Part shown: piece by piece, positions 1 to 8,990 of the stretch
Numbering within the stretch: position 1 is the stretch's first letter
Layout: the number at the start of each line of letters is the position of its first letter
NCBI RefSeq assembly: GCF_000981785.2
Contig: NZ_CP011304.1
Location: forward strand, 2,880,001 to 2,912,000
Length of the DNA: 32,000 bases
DNA from: Microcystis aeruginosa NIES-2549
GTDB taxonomy: Bacteria > Cyanobacteriota > Cyanobacteriia > Cyanobacteriales > Microcystaceae
Direction of reading: 5' to 3'
Translations under genes and position numbers: made by a program
The notes under the pieces: generated by a model
The model's input: only the letters and a program-made list of their open reading frames with translations
Told to the model about the DNA's origin: nothing
The model's database searches: none

Positions 1-2353
1 TTTCTCCCACCAAAGCGACAAAGGTGCCGGCGGGGAATTCTAAATTGACGTTGTATAGTTGCAGGGCGCCGTGGGGATTGAAGCGGAAAGCGAGGTTTTC
101 GTAGGTGACATGGCCTTTAATTAAGGGCATGGGTATATTTTGGCGATCAAGTTCCGCTTCTTGGGGAGTATCGACGATATCGGCTAATCTTTCCAGGGAT
201 AAGCCGGTTTCTTGGAAGTTTTGCCAGAGTTGGGTCAAACGCAGAATCGGCGAGGTAACGTAGGAAGCGATAATCCGGAAGGCGATTAATTGACCAAGGG
301 TGAGTTTTTGGTCCAAAACTAAGGCCGCCCCCACCCACAGCACTAATAAACCCGATAATTGGTTAAAGAAGTGACTAAAGGAACCGGCCAAAGTGGAGGT
401 CATTACCGTTTGAAAACCTTCGGCCACATAGCGCGCATAACGTTCTTGCCACTGCCAACGGGAACGCAATTCGATATTCTGTGCTTTCACCGTTTGAATT
501 CCCGTCATTACCTCCACTAGATAGGATTGGGTTTCGGCATTTCGTTCGGCTTTTGCTCGCAGTTGTCGCCGCACGATCGGTGCGAAAATAGCTGTGGAGA
601 GAACTAAAATCGGCACGACTCCCAGGGCCCAAACGGTTAGGATCGGGCTATAGATCAACATAACCACGATGTAGATAACCGAGAAAATGGCATCTAACAC
701 CACTGTTAGGGCTGTCCCCGTTAAAAATTGCCGAATATTCTCTAATTCGTTGATTCTTGTCGAAATTTCCCCCACTGGCCGCCGTTCAAAGTATTTCAGG
801 GGTAAGCGCAGCAGGTGATCGATAATTTCTGAACCAAGGGTCATGTCGATGCGGTTAGTGGTATCGACAAACAGGGATGTTCTCAAAAAGGTTAAAATTC
901 CCTCAAAAACGGCAATTACCAAGAGGAAAACCCCGAGGGTGTTCAGAGTTTCCGGGCTATTCTGCACGATCACTTTATCGATGATCACCTGAATCATCAA
1001 GGGATTGGCCAGGGCAAATAACTGCACGAAGAAAGAAGCAATAAAAACTTCTATTAAGACTCGTTTATGTTTCTTGACAGAAGGCCAAAACCATGATAGG
1101 CCAAAACGCTGTTGCTGGGTGTGTTTGGTGGGTTTAAGCAGAATTACTTCCCCTTTTTCGCCCCAAGATTCCAGAAATTCGCTGGTTTTGCGTTTAATTA
1201 TCCCCCGTTCGGGAACGGCGATCGTGGTTTCCCGTTGATTAATTTCGTAGAGGATAACGATGCTATCTTGCCAGCGAATTAGGGCAGGAGGGTTGATATT
1301 GGGCAAGGAAGAAGCATTTAGGGGTACTAATTGGCTATCGAGTCCTACTACCTCGGCCACAGCCCCACACAGGGGCAGGGAAAGGCTGCCAGTTCTTTGC
1401 AGTTGATCCCCTAGAATGCGTTGGATCACGTCCTTGCGAAAGGGGATATTAAAATATTTGCAGAGCATCTGAAAACAGGCACTCACCGCTTCTAGTTCCG
1501 TTTTTCCCCTGAAAAAAGGATAGGATTTGCCGTTTTTCTTGACAGTTTTTTCAAGGTCGATATCGCTGGTGATGTCGCTTATTCTTCCTTGGGGGATATC
1601 TAATACCTGGGTGGGTTTATTTCCCTTGATGACTTGGGTTTCTAGGATATCATCCGTTTCTGTTGCTGCGGCCGCTTCGGTTTCCACTGTCAAGAATTCA
1701 TCTAACTGGTCGGAGGAAAGACCTAATAATCTGGTGTTAGTCAGATTATTCTGGGTGATAACTGTGCCGATAGGATAATTATCGGTATTTTCGCTGACTA
1801 ACCAGAGATAATCATCGTCAATCTGGTTGTAGGACACACAAGCTTTGTTTAAAAGAGCCTGAGCAATTTCTTTGAGGTCGCCCCCACCCCAGGCCTGTTG
1901 ATTAAGATAGGAGCCTAGGACAGCATAAACTTCAGCGATCGAGCTTTGTTTAAAGAAATATTGCTTAAATTCAGGATAATTATTGATTAAAGACCAAAAA
2001 TCCTCTTGTTTTAAGGTTAAACAGATAGTGACTTCCGAAGAAGCGATGACTGTTTCACAGGGGGTACCGCGCAGAAGACTGATCCACCCGAATAAATCTC
2101 CTGGCTGCAATTTAGCCAAAGTGACCGGCAGCGGATTGTTAACCCTAGCATCGTAACCCAAAAGTCTGGCCTCTCCCTCGTAGAGAAGGACGAGGTGAGA
2201 GGGTAAGAGATCGCACTTGAGCATCGCATTGCCCATCTCATAGCGAAAGGGTTGTAATTTCTGGCCAAGGGAACGTCTAACCTCGACGGGCAGGCGATCA
2301 AAGGGCTGTACAGTCTCCAGAAAAGCGGTAAAATCTAAAGTGGTGTAACTCAT
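1..2353 (-). CDS. ABC-type exporter (HlyB/bacteriocin-exporter-like permease-ATPase) with an N-terminal cyclic-nucleotide-binding-like domain and a C39-peptidase-like domain; partial, the nucleotide-binding domain runs off the 5' edge of the window
   Basis: Absent from the ORF track because it is open at the window edge. Hand translation of the minus strand from ATG (2353..2351) gives MSYTTLDFTAFLETVQPFDRLPVEVRRSLGQKLQPFRYEMGNAMLKCDLLPSHLVLLYEGEARLLG (cNMP-binding-like). Further on it gives VLIEVFIASFFVQLFALANP (ABC membrane domain, nt ~1001-1060). It ends at nt 2-58 with LYNVNLEFPAGTFVALVGE, just entering Walker A. The listed small ORFs in 147..2301 are in other frames or on the other strand. 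Confidence 0.8.
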   Translation of the reverse strand, partial: MSYTTLDFTAFLETVQPFDRLPVEVRRSLGQKLQPFRYEMGNAMLKCDLLPSHLVLLYEGEARLLGYDARVNNPLPVTLAKLQPGDLFGWISLLRGTPCETVIASSEVTICLTLKQEDFWSLINNYPEFKQYFFKQSSIAEVYAVLGSYLNQQAWGGGDLKEIAQALLNKACVSYNQIDDDYLWLVSENTDNYPIGTVITQNNLTNTRLLGLSSDQLDEFLTVETEAAAATETDDILETQVIKGNKPTQVLDIPQGRISDITSDIDLEKTVKKNGKSYPFFRGKTELEAVSACFQMLCKYFNIPFRKDVIQRILGDQLQRTGSLSLPLCGAVAEVVGLDSQLVPLNASSLPNINPPALIRWQDSIVILYEINQRETTIAVPERGIIKRKTSEFLESWGEKGEVILLKPTKHTQQQRFGLSWFWPSVKKHKRVLIEVFIASFFVQLFALANPLMIQVIIDKVIVQNSPETLNTLGVFLLVIAVFEGILTFLRTSLFVDTTNRIDMTLGSEIIDHLLRLPLKYFERRPVGEISTRINELENIRQFLTGTALTVVLDAIFSVIYIVVMLIYSPILTVWALGVVPILVLSTAIFAPIVRRQLRAKAERNAETQSYLVEVMTGIQTVKAQNIELRSRWQWQERYARYVAEGFQTVMTSTLAGSFSHFFNQLSGLLVLWVGAALVLDQKLTLGQLIAFRIIASYVTSPILRLTQLWQNFQETGLSLERLADIVDTPQEAELDRQNIPMPLIKGHVTYENLAFRFNPHGALQLYNVNLEFPAGTFVALVGE

Positions 2354-2428
2354 TAGCTAGGCGAAAATTGACTAAGTTGGCAAATAATTAGGCGAGAAGA
2401 CTGGGTTTACCCAGTGTTGCAAGGGATG

Positions 2429-3190
2429 CTATATAAGTGATAGCTGCTCGCCATTGACTGGGGTTGATTCGGAGATAAATTTCACTGTTTGCATTTGAGC
2501 CGTTAACCATTGTTGGAATAAATCATTGCGTAAGCGTTGACGGGTGGGAGGATCCAGTTCACAGGATAAATATTTTTCTAGCCGGACAATCACGACCCAT
2601 TCTCCCACTTGCGTCGGTGGCCACACTTGCCCCGGTTTACTTGCCTTGAGAATTTGCCCAATCTGGGGATGGGGGGCGCTCAGTTCCACCGGTCCAATTA
2701 GTCCTCCAGTTTCCGCTTCTGAGCCTTGGGAGTATTTTTTGGCTAGTTCAGCGAAGCTATTTTCTCGATCCTGTATCCGGAAAAATAGTTCCTGGGCAAT
2801 GCCGAGATTTTTTGTCCGAATCAGCGAATAAACCACCTTATCCAACTGATTTTTGACTTGCAAGAAGTAGGATTCTACTTTGTTATCCCAAGTCTCCTGT
2901 TTAAATTTTTCCAATTTAATGTCCCGAAGAATTAGATATTCTAGTTGTTCGGAATCCATTCCGTTTTGTTGTAACCAAGATTTCATTTGTTCATCGTTGG
3001 CAATTTGATTATTTTGATAGAAACGGGAATAGGCGGCGTTTCTTTCTTCGGGATTGCAGCTGATATTGGCGATCGCTTTCTCGATAATTACTTCCCGGAT
3101 TAACTGCGGTAACATACCATATTTTGCCAAAAGAGGCAATACCTGTGACTCGCTAACTTTTTGGTCGCCGATTTCAATAATTGAACTCAT
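2429..3190 (-). CDS. Parvulin-type peptidyl-prolyl cis-trans isomerase (SurA/PrsA-like), 253 aa
   Basis: The C-terminal half (FAELAKKYSQGSEAETGGLIGPVELSAPHPQIGQILKASKPGQVWPPTQVGEWVVIVRLEKY) matches the rotamase/PpiC pattern. It is co-oriented with the downstream ABC exporter with a 75-nt gap, so it is probably in the same operon. Confidence 0.7.
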   Translation of the reverse strand: MSSIIEIGDQKVSESQVLPLLAKYGMLPQLIREVIIEKAIANISCNPEERNAAYSRFYQNNQIANDEQMKSWLQQNGMDSEQLEYLILRDIKLEKFKQETWDNKVESYFLQVKNQLDKVVYSLIRTKNLGIAQELFFRIQDRENSFAELAKKYSQGSEAETGGLIGPVELSAPHPQIGQILKASKPGQVWPPTQVGEWVVIVRLEKYLSCELDPPTRQRLRNDLFQQWLTAQMQTVKFISESTPVNGEQLSLI

Positions 3191-3501
3191 AATAAATACA
3201 TTTTCCTCACAGAAAGGCTTAAAACTATAAACTCTAGAAGCTTCTAAATTTTATTGAGGTGATTATACGTCAAAAGAGGGATTTCAAGGTATTCCCCCCT
3301 ATTCTAATTTGAGTTTTCCCCCGTGAAAGCCGAAAATTACAGAAATTAAAGGAATAAGTCGGTCCTCTTGGTGGGGGTGGTGAGGGGAATTGGCCCGGCC
3401 AGTAGGCCTGCCTAAAATCCTGCTCAGAAACCCCTAATCACGCCTCTAATTGACTAGAATAGACTTCTTGCAGAAGTGGGGGAAGGGGAAAAGCGGAAAT
3501 T

Positions 3502-3523
3502 TTAACCCTTAACCCTTAACCCT
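3502..3523. repeat. Heptanucleotide tandem repeat (TTAACCC) x3
   Basis: Read directly: ttaaccc ttaaccc ttaaccc t, in the intergenic region between the PPIase gene and tRNA-Ser. Confidence 0.9.
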
Positions 3524-3580
3524 ATAATATGCACCCCTTTTGCCTACATTTGCGGAAAATTTTTTGATTTATGCAAGAGA

Positions 3581-3586
3581 TATAAT
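3581..3586 (+). promoter_or_regulatory. Candidate -10 box (TATAAT) for tRNA-Ser
   Basis: A perfect TATAAT lies 25 nt upstream of the mature tRNA 5' end. No convincing -35 sits at canonical spacing. Confidence 0.25.
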
Positions 3587-3611
3587 GATAGGATATAGGT
3601 CTAGCTGCCTT

Positions 3612-3696
3612 GGAGAGGTGGCAGAGTGGTCGATCGCGCTCGACTTGAAATCGAGTAACCAGCAATGGTTCGTGGGTTCAAATCCCACCCTCTCCG
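3612..3696 (+). tRNA. tRNA-Ser (anticodon UGA), class II with long variable arm
   Basis: Acceptor stem GGAGAGG/CCTCTCC with discriminator G. Anticodon stem CTCGA/TCGAG with loop CTTGAAA (anticodon TGA). Long variable arm. T arm GTGGG-TTCAAAT-CCCAC. CCA is not encoded. Confidence 0.92.
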
Positions 3697-3803
3697 TACT
3701 CAACCAATCAAATTGAGACTCAGGTTGCCCGATTGTTCGTAGACAGGGGAAAATAAAATATACTAGGCTAAAAAGATAACATTGAGGCAGTAGCCCCCCC
3801 GGC

Positions 3804-4319
3804 ATGGTTTTTTGGAAAAGATTGTTTAATAGCTCGGAAGTCACTGCATCACCTGACTATTCGGGAGACTTGGTAGAGGTTGGCCAGAATGACCTCGGAC
3901 AGACGCGAGTGTTTTTTAGTACCGATCGAGAGCTAGATCTGTATGAGTTAGAAGAACTTTGTGACTCGGTAGGTTGGGCCCGTCGTCCTTTACGCAAAGT
4001 TAAAAAGGCGATCGAATGTAGTTTTTTAGTGGTATCGATGTGGGAAGTGCGAGGTAATCGCCGTCGTTTAGTGGGTTTTGCTCGTGCCACTTCCGATCAC
4101 GCTTTTAATGCCACGGTCTGGGATGTGGTTGTTCATCCTCACTATCAAAGTAAAGGCTTTGGTAAAGCATTAATGAAATTTATGATCAGGAAGTTGCGGG
4201 GCGAGGATATCAGTAATATAACTCTTTTCGCCGATCCACAGGTGGTGGATTTCTATCGTCGTCTCGGTTTTGTTCTCGATCCCGAAGGTATCAAAGGTAT
4301 GTTTTGGTATCCCGATTAA
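3804..4319 (+). CDS. GNAT-family N-acetyltransferase, 171 aa
   Basis: Acetyl-CoA binding motif region [27 protein letters not shown] (Q/RxxGxG/A pattern), followed by [15 protein letters not shown], which is typical of the GNAT fold. Confidence 0.8.
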   Translation: MVFWKRLFNSSEVTASPDYSGDLVEVGQNDLGQTRVFFSTDRELDLYELEELCDSVGWARRPLRKVKKAIECSFLVVSMWEVRGNRRRLVGFARATSDHAFNATVWDVVVHPHYQSKGFGKALMKFMIRKLRGEDISNITLFADPQVVDFYRRLGFVLDPEGIKGMFWYPD

Positions 4320-4359
4320 GAATGCCGCTCTTAGGCTATACTAAAAAAGGAATTCACTT

Positions 4360-4433
4360 CGGGATGTAGCGCAGCTTGGTAGCGCGCCTGCTTTGGGAGC
4401 AGGATGCCGCAGGTTCAAATCCTGTCATCCCGA
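4360..4433 (+). tRNA. tRNA-Pro (anticodon UGG)
   Basis: Acceptor stem CGGGATG/CATCCCG with discriminator A. Anticodon stem CCTGC/GCAGG with loop TTTGGGA (anticodon TGG). T arm GCAGG-TTCAAAT-CCTGT. Confidence 0.92.
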
Positions 4434-4482
4434 CTGGAGAAAAAATTATTAAAATCTTAACCTTGTCTCCTTTCCGGTTGAC

Positions 4483-4502
4483 AAAAAAGGCTGCCTTCTT
4501 TT
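4483..4502. terminator. Candidate bidirectional stem-loop between tRNA-Pro (+) and the rpoC2 3' end (-)
   Basis: aaaaaagg-ctg-ccttctttt forms an A/T-flanked short hairpin readable on both strands. The stem is weak. Confidence 0.3.
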
Positions 4503-4652
4503 ATTGCCAAACGGAGGTGAATTAGCCAGAAAATTAGGGACTTTGGGGAGAAAAGCAGGAGATTTTTGGGGAATAACAAGGATTTTTCTCTAGAAAAATT
4601 GCCCTTGCCTCCCCGTGTCTCCCACTGCTCTTTGTAATATCTCGACAGACGA

Positions 4653-7600
4653 TTATTCTTCTTCTTCGTAATCCTCCTCGAAATCTTCTTCCTCCCCTTC
4701 CTCATCAGCTGCTGACCAGCTGTCGCTGATAGGTTGGCGACTAAAGCGACTGCTGCCGCGGGAGGAGAGGAAAGCCATCTCATCATCCTCTAAATCGACC
4801 ACATCACCCTCAGCGTAGGCGCGAGCGGTTTGATCGTCAAGAATCATATCGCTATCGTCACTACTATCGCCGAAACCGGGACGGGGGGGGAAGCCGATCG
4901 CGCCGGGGGCAGCGTAATAGCTACGATTGTTGTAGTTATATTCCTCCTCTGGGGGGGTGTAATCGCTGATCCCCGCCGTGTTTTCGTGGGAATTGAAGCC
5001 AGTACCCGCCGGAATCAGACGACCGATAATCACGTTTTCCTTGAGACCGCGTAACCAGTCGGACTTGCCTTCGATCGCCGCTTCGGTGAGGACGCGGGTG
5101 GTTTCTTGGAAGGAGGCGGCACTGATAAAGCTATCGGTATTCAAGGAAGCTTTGGTGATCCCCAGTAGTACAGGCGTATATTTAGCCGCCGCCCCACCGG
5201 TGATCGACATGGCTTCGTTTACTGTTTCCACCTGTCGCAGTTCCAACAATTCCCCGGGTAACATACTGGTATCGCCGCCGTCATCGATCCGCACCTTAGA
5301 GGTCATCTGACGCACAATCACTTCAATATGTTTATCGGCAATATCGATCCCCTGGGACTGATAGACCGACTGTACCTGATCGACGAGGAACATCTGGGTT
5401 TTTTCCAAGGCTTTCAGGGCTGCCTCGTAACTGCCCAAGCTATCCACATAATAATTAAAGAACACCTCTAAAATCTCGTGCGGATTAGCCTGACCATCGG
5501 TTAACGCCTGACCCACATCAATACGCTGATTATCGCTCACCAGAGGGTTTTGACTGCCTAAAAGCGGATATTCACTGATCGTGCCGTCATCCTCGACCAC
5601 CTTAATATCGACGATCTCAGAATCTTGGTACTCCACTTGACAAAATCCCGGTTTGCGTGCTAGGACACAAGCCTCTTTCGGCTTACGCGCTTCGAGCAGT
5701 TCTTCGATTCTGGGTAAACCTTGAATGATATCCCCAGTTTTCGAGCGCTCAAACACCAACAGGACCAAATTATCGCCCCTTTGGACTAGATCTCCCTCAT
5801 CGATGTGCAGAATGGCCCCCGCCGATACTCGGTAGGGTCGGGCGCTACGCAGACGGATTTCGTAGCCGGTGGCGGTTTTGTCAACGGCCAGCACTTGACC
5901 GGAATTGGGGGCTAAAACTCCGGCACCGATCTCGGTTTCGGCGATCACCAGATCCCCAGCTTTGACGGTGGGAGCAACAGCCTTGCCCTGAGCTACGTCG
6001 AAGGGGAGCGGGAGAATAAACTCGTCACGGTCACTCACAATTAAAAGACGGCGCACCGCTTCGCTACCCTTGCGAATCCCGCGAATTTCTCCAACTTCCT
6101 TACACTGGATCTCGGTTCTGGCCACCACTGCTCCAGGTGGAATTTCATCGCCATCTTGGACGAGAACGCGAGTCTGAATATTCCCCCCTAAAGGATCACT
6201 ATCACTATCCCGACGCAGCACCAGAGATTCCAGAATAACTAACTGTAAACGCTGACAATCGCTGTCCTCAATCGGTTCTAACTCGATATCAGCCGTCAGA
6301 TGGGAGACTGATTCTGGTTCTTCGCTAGAAATTTCTAGGACTAATTGGGTGCTAATCAGTTGACAACCCTCAACGGATTTAACTCTTTCCCCGTCTTTAA
6401 AGAAGATGCGCTGCACCGATCGCAGTTCGATATGTCGTCCTCCTTCTTGGTTAGCGGAACCTTGGGTGGGAGAAGTGGATTGGTCCTGTACGGTGAACTC
6501 CTGTACCGGTCGCAGCAGTAACCCCAAACCCTCGTTAGTTTCTACCCATTCGGCTTGCCGTAACTCCTCGATCGTCACTTCGGGAGTCAACTGTGTTCCG
6601 GGGTAAATTAACTGTTCTTGGGCAATTCCGGAGGATTCTGGTTCGAGATCCATAAATAACAGCCCCGGTTTGACAATAATCTCCCGGAGGATGTCATTTT
6701 TCTGGATAACTTCCACCACACCGCTAGAGTTACAGAAGATGTCTTTAACCACTTCTTCCCCTGCCTCCACATACTGCCCATCTTCCACCTGTAAGAGGGA
6801 GATATCTTTATTGACTTCGTGGGTTTCTTCGGGAATCCAGAGGATCGTGCCGCCTTTAGTGATTTCATAACCCTGTTTGCGGCTGCCTTTGGAGACTTCG
6901 ATATCGACGTATTTAATCATGCCGCCGGTGTGGGTTTGATAGCGATCATCGATTAACTCAGCGACAATGGCATGATTCTGTACTTTTGTCCCCGGAGTGG
7001 TTTTCAGCAGGAAGCGTTGACCATCGGCCGTATGAATAATAAATTGTTCCCGACCGGCACTACTTTCTACTTTTACTTCGGCCTGATCCAAAGACACGGA
7101 AGCGGTGACGATATCGATTTCCCGGCTATTGGGGGCTAAACGCACCAAACCGCCGTTAGTGGATACCAACTTAGTTTCCGCCAGAACATCCCCCACTTGT
7201 ACTTGATCGCCGTTACTGACCACGGGTTCAGCCCCTGGGGGCAAGTTATACACTTCTCCGGAGAGAATCCATAGTAATCCCCCCCGTTGGGCGATGCGGG
7301 TGGTGTTGCCTTGGCGATCGGTTTTTTCTTCTGGGACTAATTGGGAGAATAGCACCTCGCCGGCTAAGTCACTGGTTACGTCTTTTGTGGCTTTTTCCGT
7401 GGATTTTTGGACTTTATCGGAGGTAATTTCCGCTAGTAACTGTTCCTCGCTTACTGTTGCCCCATCGGTGACGAATAGCAGCGACCCCGGAGTCAAAGAG
7501 TAGGTGACGGTTTCCTTAGTTTTATCCTTGGGCGTTAATTTAATTTCCCCCGGTGCCTCCACTTGATCCCGTTCATCCCCGTGGCGAGTGCGCACGTTAC

Positions 7601-8684
7601 GGATACTTAACCCCGGCAGAAAACGCACAGTTCCCTCGAAGGGACTCCGCACTTGCCGGGCCACTTCTCCGGTAAATACGCCCCCGGTGTGGAAGGTACG
7701 CATGGTTAACTGAGTCCCCGGTTCTCCGATCGATTGGGCGGCAATAATTCCCACTGCTTCCCCCATATCCACCGGATGACCGTGGGCCAGACTCCAACCG
7801 TAACAGGTTTGACAAACCGAGCGGGCTGCTTCACAGGTTAAGGGGCTGCGGACTTTGATTTTATCGACCAGTTTGCCCAATTTTTCGGCGGTTTCGTCAT
7901 CGATAATCTGGTTGCGGGTGGCGATCACTTCTCCATTGACCACCACATCTTCGGCCAGGGAACGACCTAATAGGCGATCGCTTAAGGGAATTAACACACG
8001 ATCGCCATCGGTCATGGCGGTTAATTCGATGTAACGATTGGTGCCACAATCGGCCTCGCGGACGATGACATCTTGGGACACATCGACGAGACGACGGGTC
8101 AGATAACCGGAATCTGCCGTCCGTAAGGCTGTATCAACTAAACCTTTGCGGGCCCCGTAGGAGGAAATAACGTATTCGGTAACGGTCAATCCTTCCCGGA
8201 AGTTAGTCTTAATCGGGAGGTCGATAATTTCCCCCTGGGGATTAGCCATTAATCCCCGCATTCCCACTAACTGACGCACTTGGCTCATATTACCCCGCGC
8301 TCCGGAGAAAGCCATCATATAGACGGAGTTGAGGGGATCGGTGACTTGGAAGTTGCGAATTACTTCATCTTTAAGGGATTCAGATGTACTATTCCAAGTG
8401 TCAATTACTTTTTGGAAGCGTTCCACTTCAGTGATTTCCCCGCGCACATAACGCTGTTCGGTTTGCCGGATTTCCTGTTCGGCACTTTCGATCATTTGTC
8501 GTTTAGCTGGCGGTACGGTTAAATCATCCACACTAATGGAAACCCCTGCTTTGGTAGCGAAACGAAAACCGAGGTTTTTCAATTCATCGGCCATTTGTGA
8601 ACAGCGCGCCGAACCGTAGTTTTGATAGGCCCAAGCGATCAGTTTTTTCAGTTTTCCTTTGTCAACAGTTTGGTTATAAAACAT
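4653..8684 (-). CDS. rpoC2: DNA-directed RNA polymerase subunit beta-prime (cyanobacterial C-terminal split half, with the large lineage-specific insertion)
   Basis: 1357-aa ORF with beta-prime C-terminal signatures ([30 protein letters not shown] trigger-loop region; [40 protein letters not shown]). I place the start at ATG 8684 ([20 protein letters not shown]). The 14 extra codons in the track run into heptamer repeats. Confidence 0.97.
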   Translation of the reverse strand: MFYNQTVDKGKLKKLIAWAYQNYGSARCSQMADELKNLGFRFATKAGVSISVDDLTVPPAKRQMIESAEQEIRQTEQRYVRGEITEVERFQKVIDTWNSTSESLKDEVIRNFQVTDPLNSVYMMAFSGARGNMSQVRQLVGMRGLMANPQGEIIDLPIKTNFREGLTVTEYVISSYGARKGLVDTALRTADSGYLTRRLVDVSQDVIVREADCGTNRYIELTAMTDGDRVLIPLSDRLLGRSLAEDVVVNGEVIATRNQIIDDETAEKLGKLVDKIKVRSPLTCEAARSVCQTCYGWSLAHGHPVDMGEAVGIIAAQSIGEPGTQLTMRTFHTGGVFTGEVARQVRSPFEGTVRFLPGLSIRNVRTRHGDERDQVEAPGEIKLTPKDKTKETVTYSLTPGSLLFVTDGATVSEEQLLAEITSDKVQKSTEKATKDVTSDLAGEVLFSQLVPEEKTDRQGNTTRIAQRGGLLWILSGEVYNLPPGAEPVVSNGDQVQVGDVLAETKLVSTNGGLVRLAPNSREIDIVTASVSLDQAEVKVESSAGREQFIIHTADGQRFLLKTTPGTKVQNHAIVAELIDDRYQTHTGGMIKYVDIEVSKGSRKQGYEITKGGTILWIPEETHEVNKDISLLQVEDGQYVEAGEEVVKDIFCNSSGVVEVIQKNDILREIIVKPGLLFMDLEPESSGIAQEQLIYPGTQLTPEVTIEELRQAEWVETNEGLGLLLRPVQEFTVQDQSTSPTQGSANQEGGRHIELRSVQRIFFKDGERVKSVEGCQLISTQLVLEISSEEPESVSHLTADIELEPIEDSDCQRLQLVILESLVLRRDSDSDPLGGNIQTRVLVQDGDEIPPGAVVARTEIQCKEVGEIRGIRKGSEAVRRLLIVSDRDEFILPLPFDVAQGKAVAPTVKAGDLVIAETEIGAGVLAPNSGQVLAVDKTATGYEIRLRSARPYRVSAGAILHIDEGDLVQRGDNLVLLVFERSKTGDIIQGLPRIEELLEARKPKEACVLARKPGFCQVEYQDSEIVDIKVVEDDGTISEYPLLGSQNPLVSDNQRIDVGQALTDGQANPHEILEVFFNYYVDSLGSYEAALKALEKTQMFLVDQVQSVYQSQGIDIADKHIEVIVRQMTSKVRIDDGGDTSMLPGELLELRQVETVNEAMSITGGAAAKYTPVLLGITKASLNTDSFISAASFQETTRVLTEAAIEGKSDWLRGLKENVIIGRLIPAGTGFNSHENTAGISDYTPPEEEYNYNNRSYYAAPGAIGFPPRPGFGDSSDDSDMILDDQTARAYAEGDVVDLEDDEMAFLSSRGSSRFSRQPISDSWSAADEEGEEEDFEEDYEEEE

Positions 8685-8714
8685 CTCGATCCGGGTAACA
8701 AGTAAACAGCTATT

Positions 8715-8744
8715 AGCTATCAGCATTCAGCATTCAGCTATCAG
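8715..8744. repeat. Heptamer tandem repeat AGCTATC/AGCATTC x4
   Basis: agctatc agcattc agcattc agctatc ag, read directly, immediately upstream of the rpoC2 start. Confidence 0.9.
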
Positions 8745-8752
8745 TTAGAAAA

Positions 8753-8789
8753 GGGAACAGGAAACAGGGAATAGGAAACGGGGAATAGG
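8753..8789. repeat. Heptamer tandem repeat GGGAACA/GGAAACA/GGGAATA x5
   Basis: gggaaca ggaaaca gggaata ggaaacg gggaata gg, read directly. Confidence 0.9.
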
Positions 8790-8861
8790 CAAATTTTTAC
8801 TTTACTGTCCTTTTTTTGGCTTTTTCCTGGAAAATTCTCTCCTGTCTCCTGACTGGAAAGA

Positions 8862-8892
8862 GGGTGTAGGGTGTGGGGTGTGGGGTGTGGGG
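8862..8892 (+). repeat. Heptamer tandem repeat (GGGTGTG) x4; G-quadruplex-type motif on the + strand
   Basis: gggtgta gggtgtg gggtgtg gggtgtg ggg gives five G3 runs separated by 4-nt loops. The + strand is the template strand for rpoB/rpoC2 transcription. Confidence 0.9.
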
Positions 8893-8956
8893 AAAGAAAC
8901 CTCTTTCATCTGTGGGGGTGAAAATTTTTTCATCGGGACTGACTCCTGACTTCTCA

Positions 8957-8988
8957 CTGATAACTGATAACTGATAACTGATAACTGA
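8957..8988. repeat. Heptamer tandem repeat (CTGATAA) x4.5
   Basis: ctgataa x4 followed by ctga. It ends 2 nt from the rpoB stop codon (tta at 8991..8993 on +). Confidence 0.9.
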
Positions 8989-8990
8989 AA

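Noticed and set aside
147-2301. Five short ORFs in the supplied track (147..338-, 375..632-, 1005..1238+, 1527..1778+, 2017..2301-)
   Set aside because: All lie inside the edge-truncated ABC exporter gene (minus strand, start 2353), in other frames or on the opposite strand. Their translations are low-complexity and the exporter frame is continuous with recognisable domains.
2544-2831. 95-aa + strand ORF
   Set aside because: It is antisense to the well-supported PPIase gene and has no recognisable motifs.
3502-3523. Telomere-like appearance of (TTAACCC)3
   Set aside because: It has only three units and sits in a bacterial intergenic region. It belongs to the same class of heptamer short tandem repeats seen elsewhere in the window.
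3569-3844. 91-aa minus-strand ORF
   Set aside because: It overlaps tRNA-Ser on the opposite strand and the GNAT start. It is an artefact of the open frame across the tRNA.
4457-4786. 109-aa minus-strand ORF overlapping the rpoC2 3' end
   Set aside because: It is an alternative frame of the acidic-tail repeat region plus intergenic DNA. The lysine/arginine-rich translation is simply the frame-shifted reading of GAA/GAG-rich sequence.
8685-8726. 14-codon N-terminal extension of rpoC2 in the ORF track ([14 protein letters not shown])
   Set aside because: It runs into the AGCATTC heptamer repeats and is not part of the conserved beta-prime N-terminus. ATG 8684 gives the conserved start.
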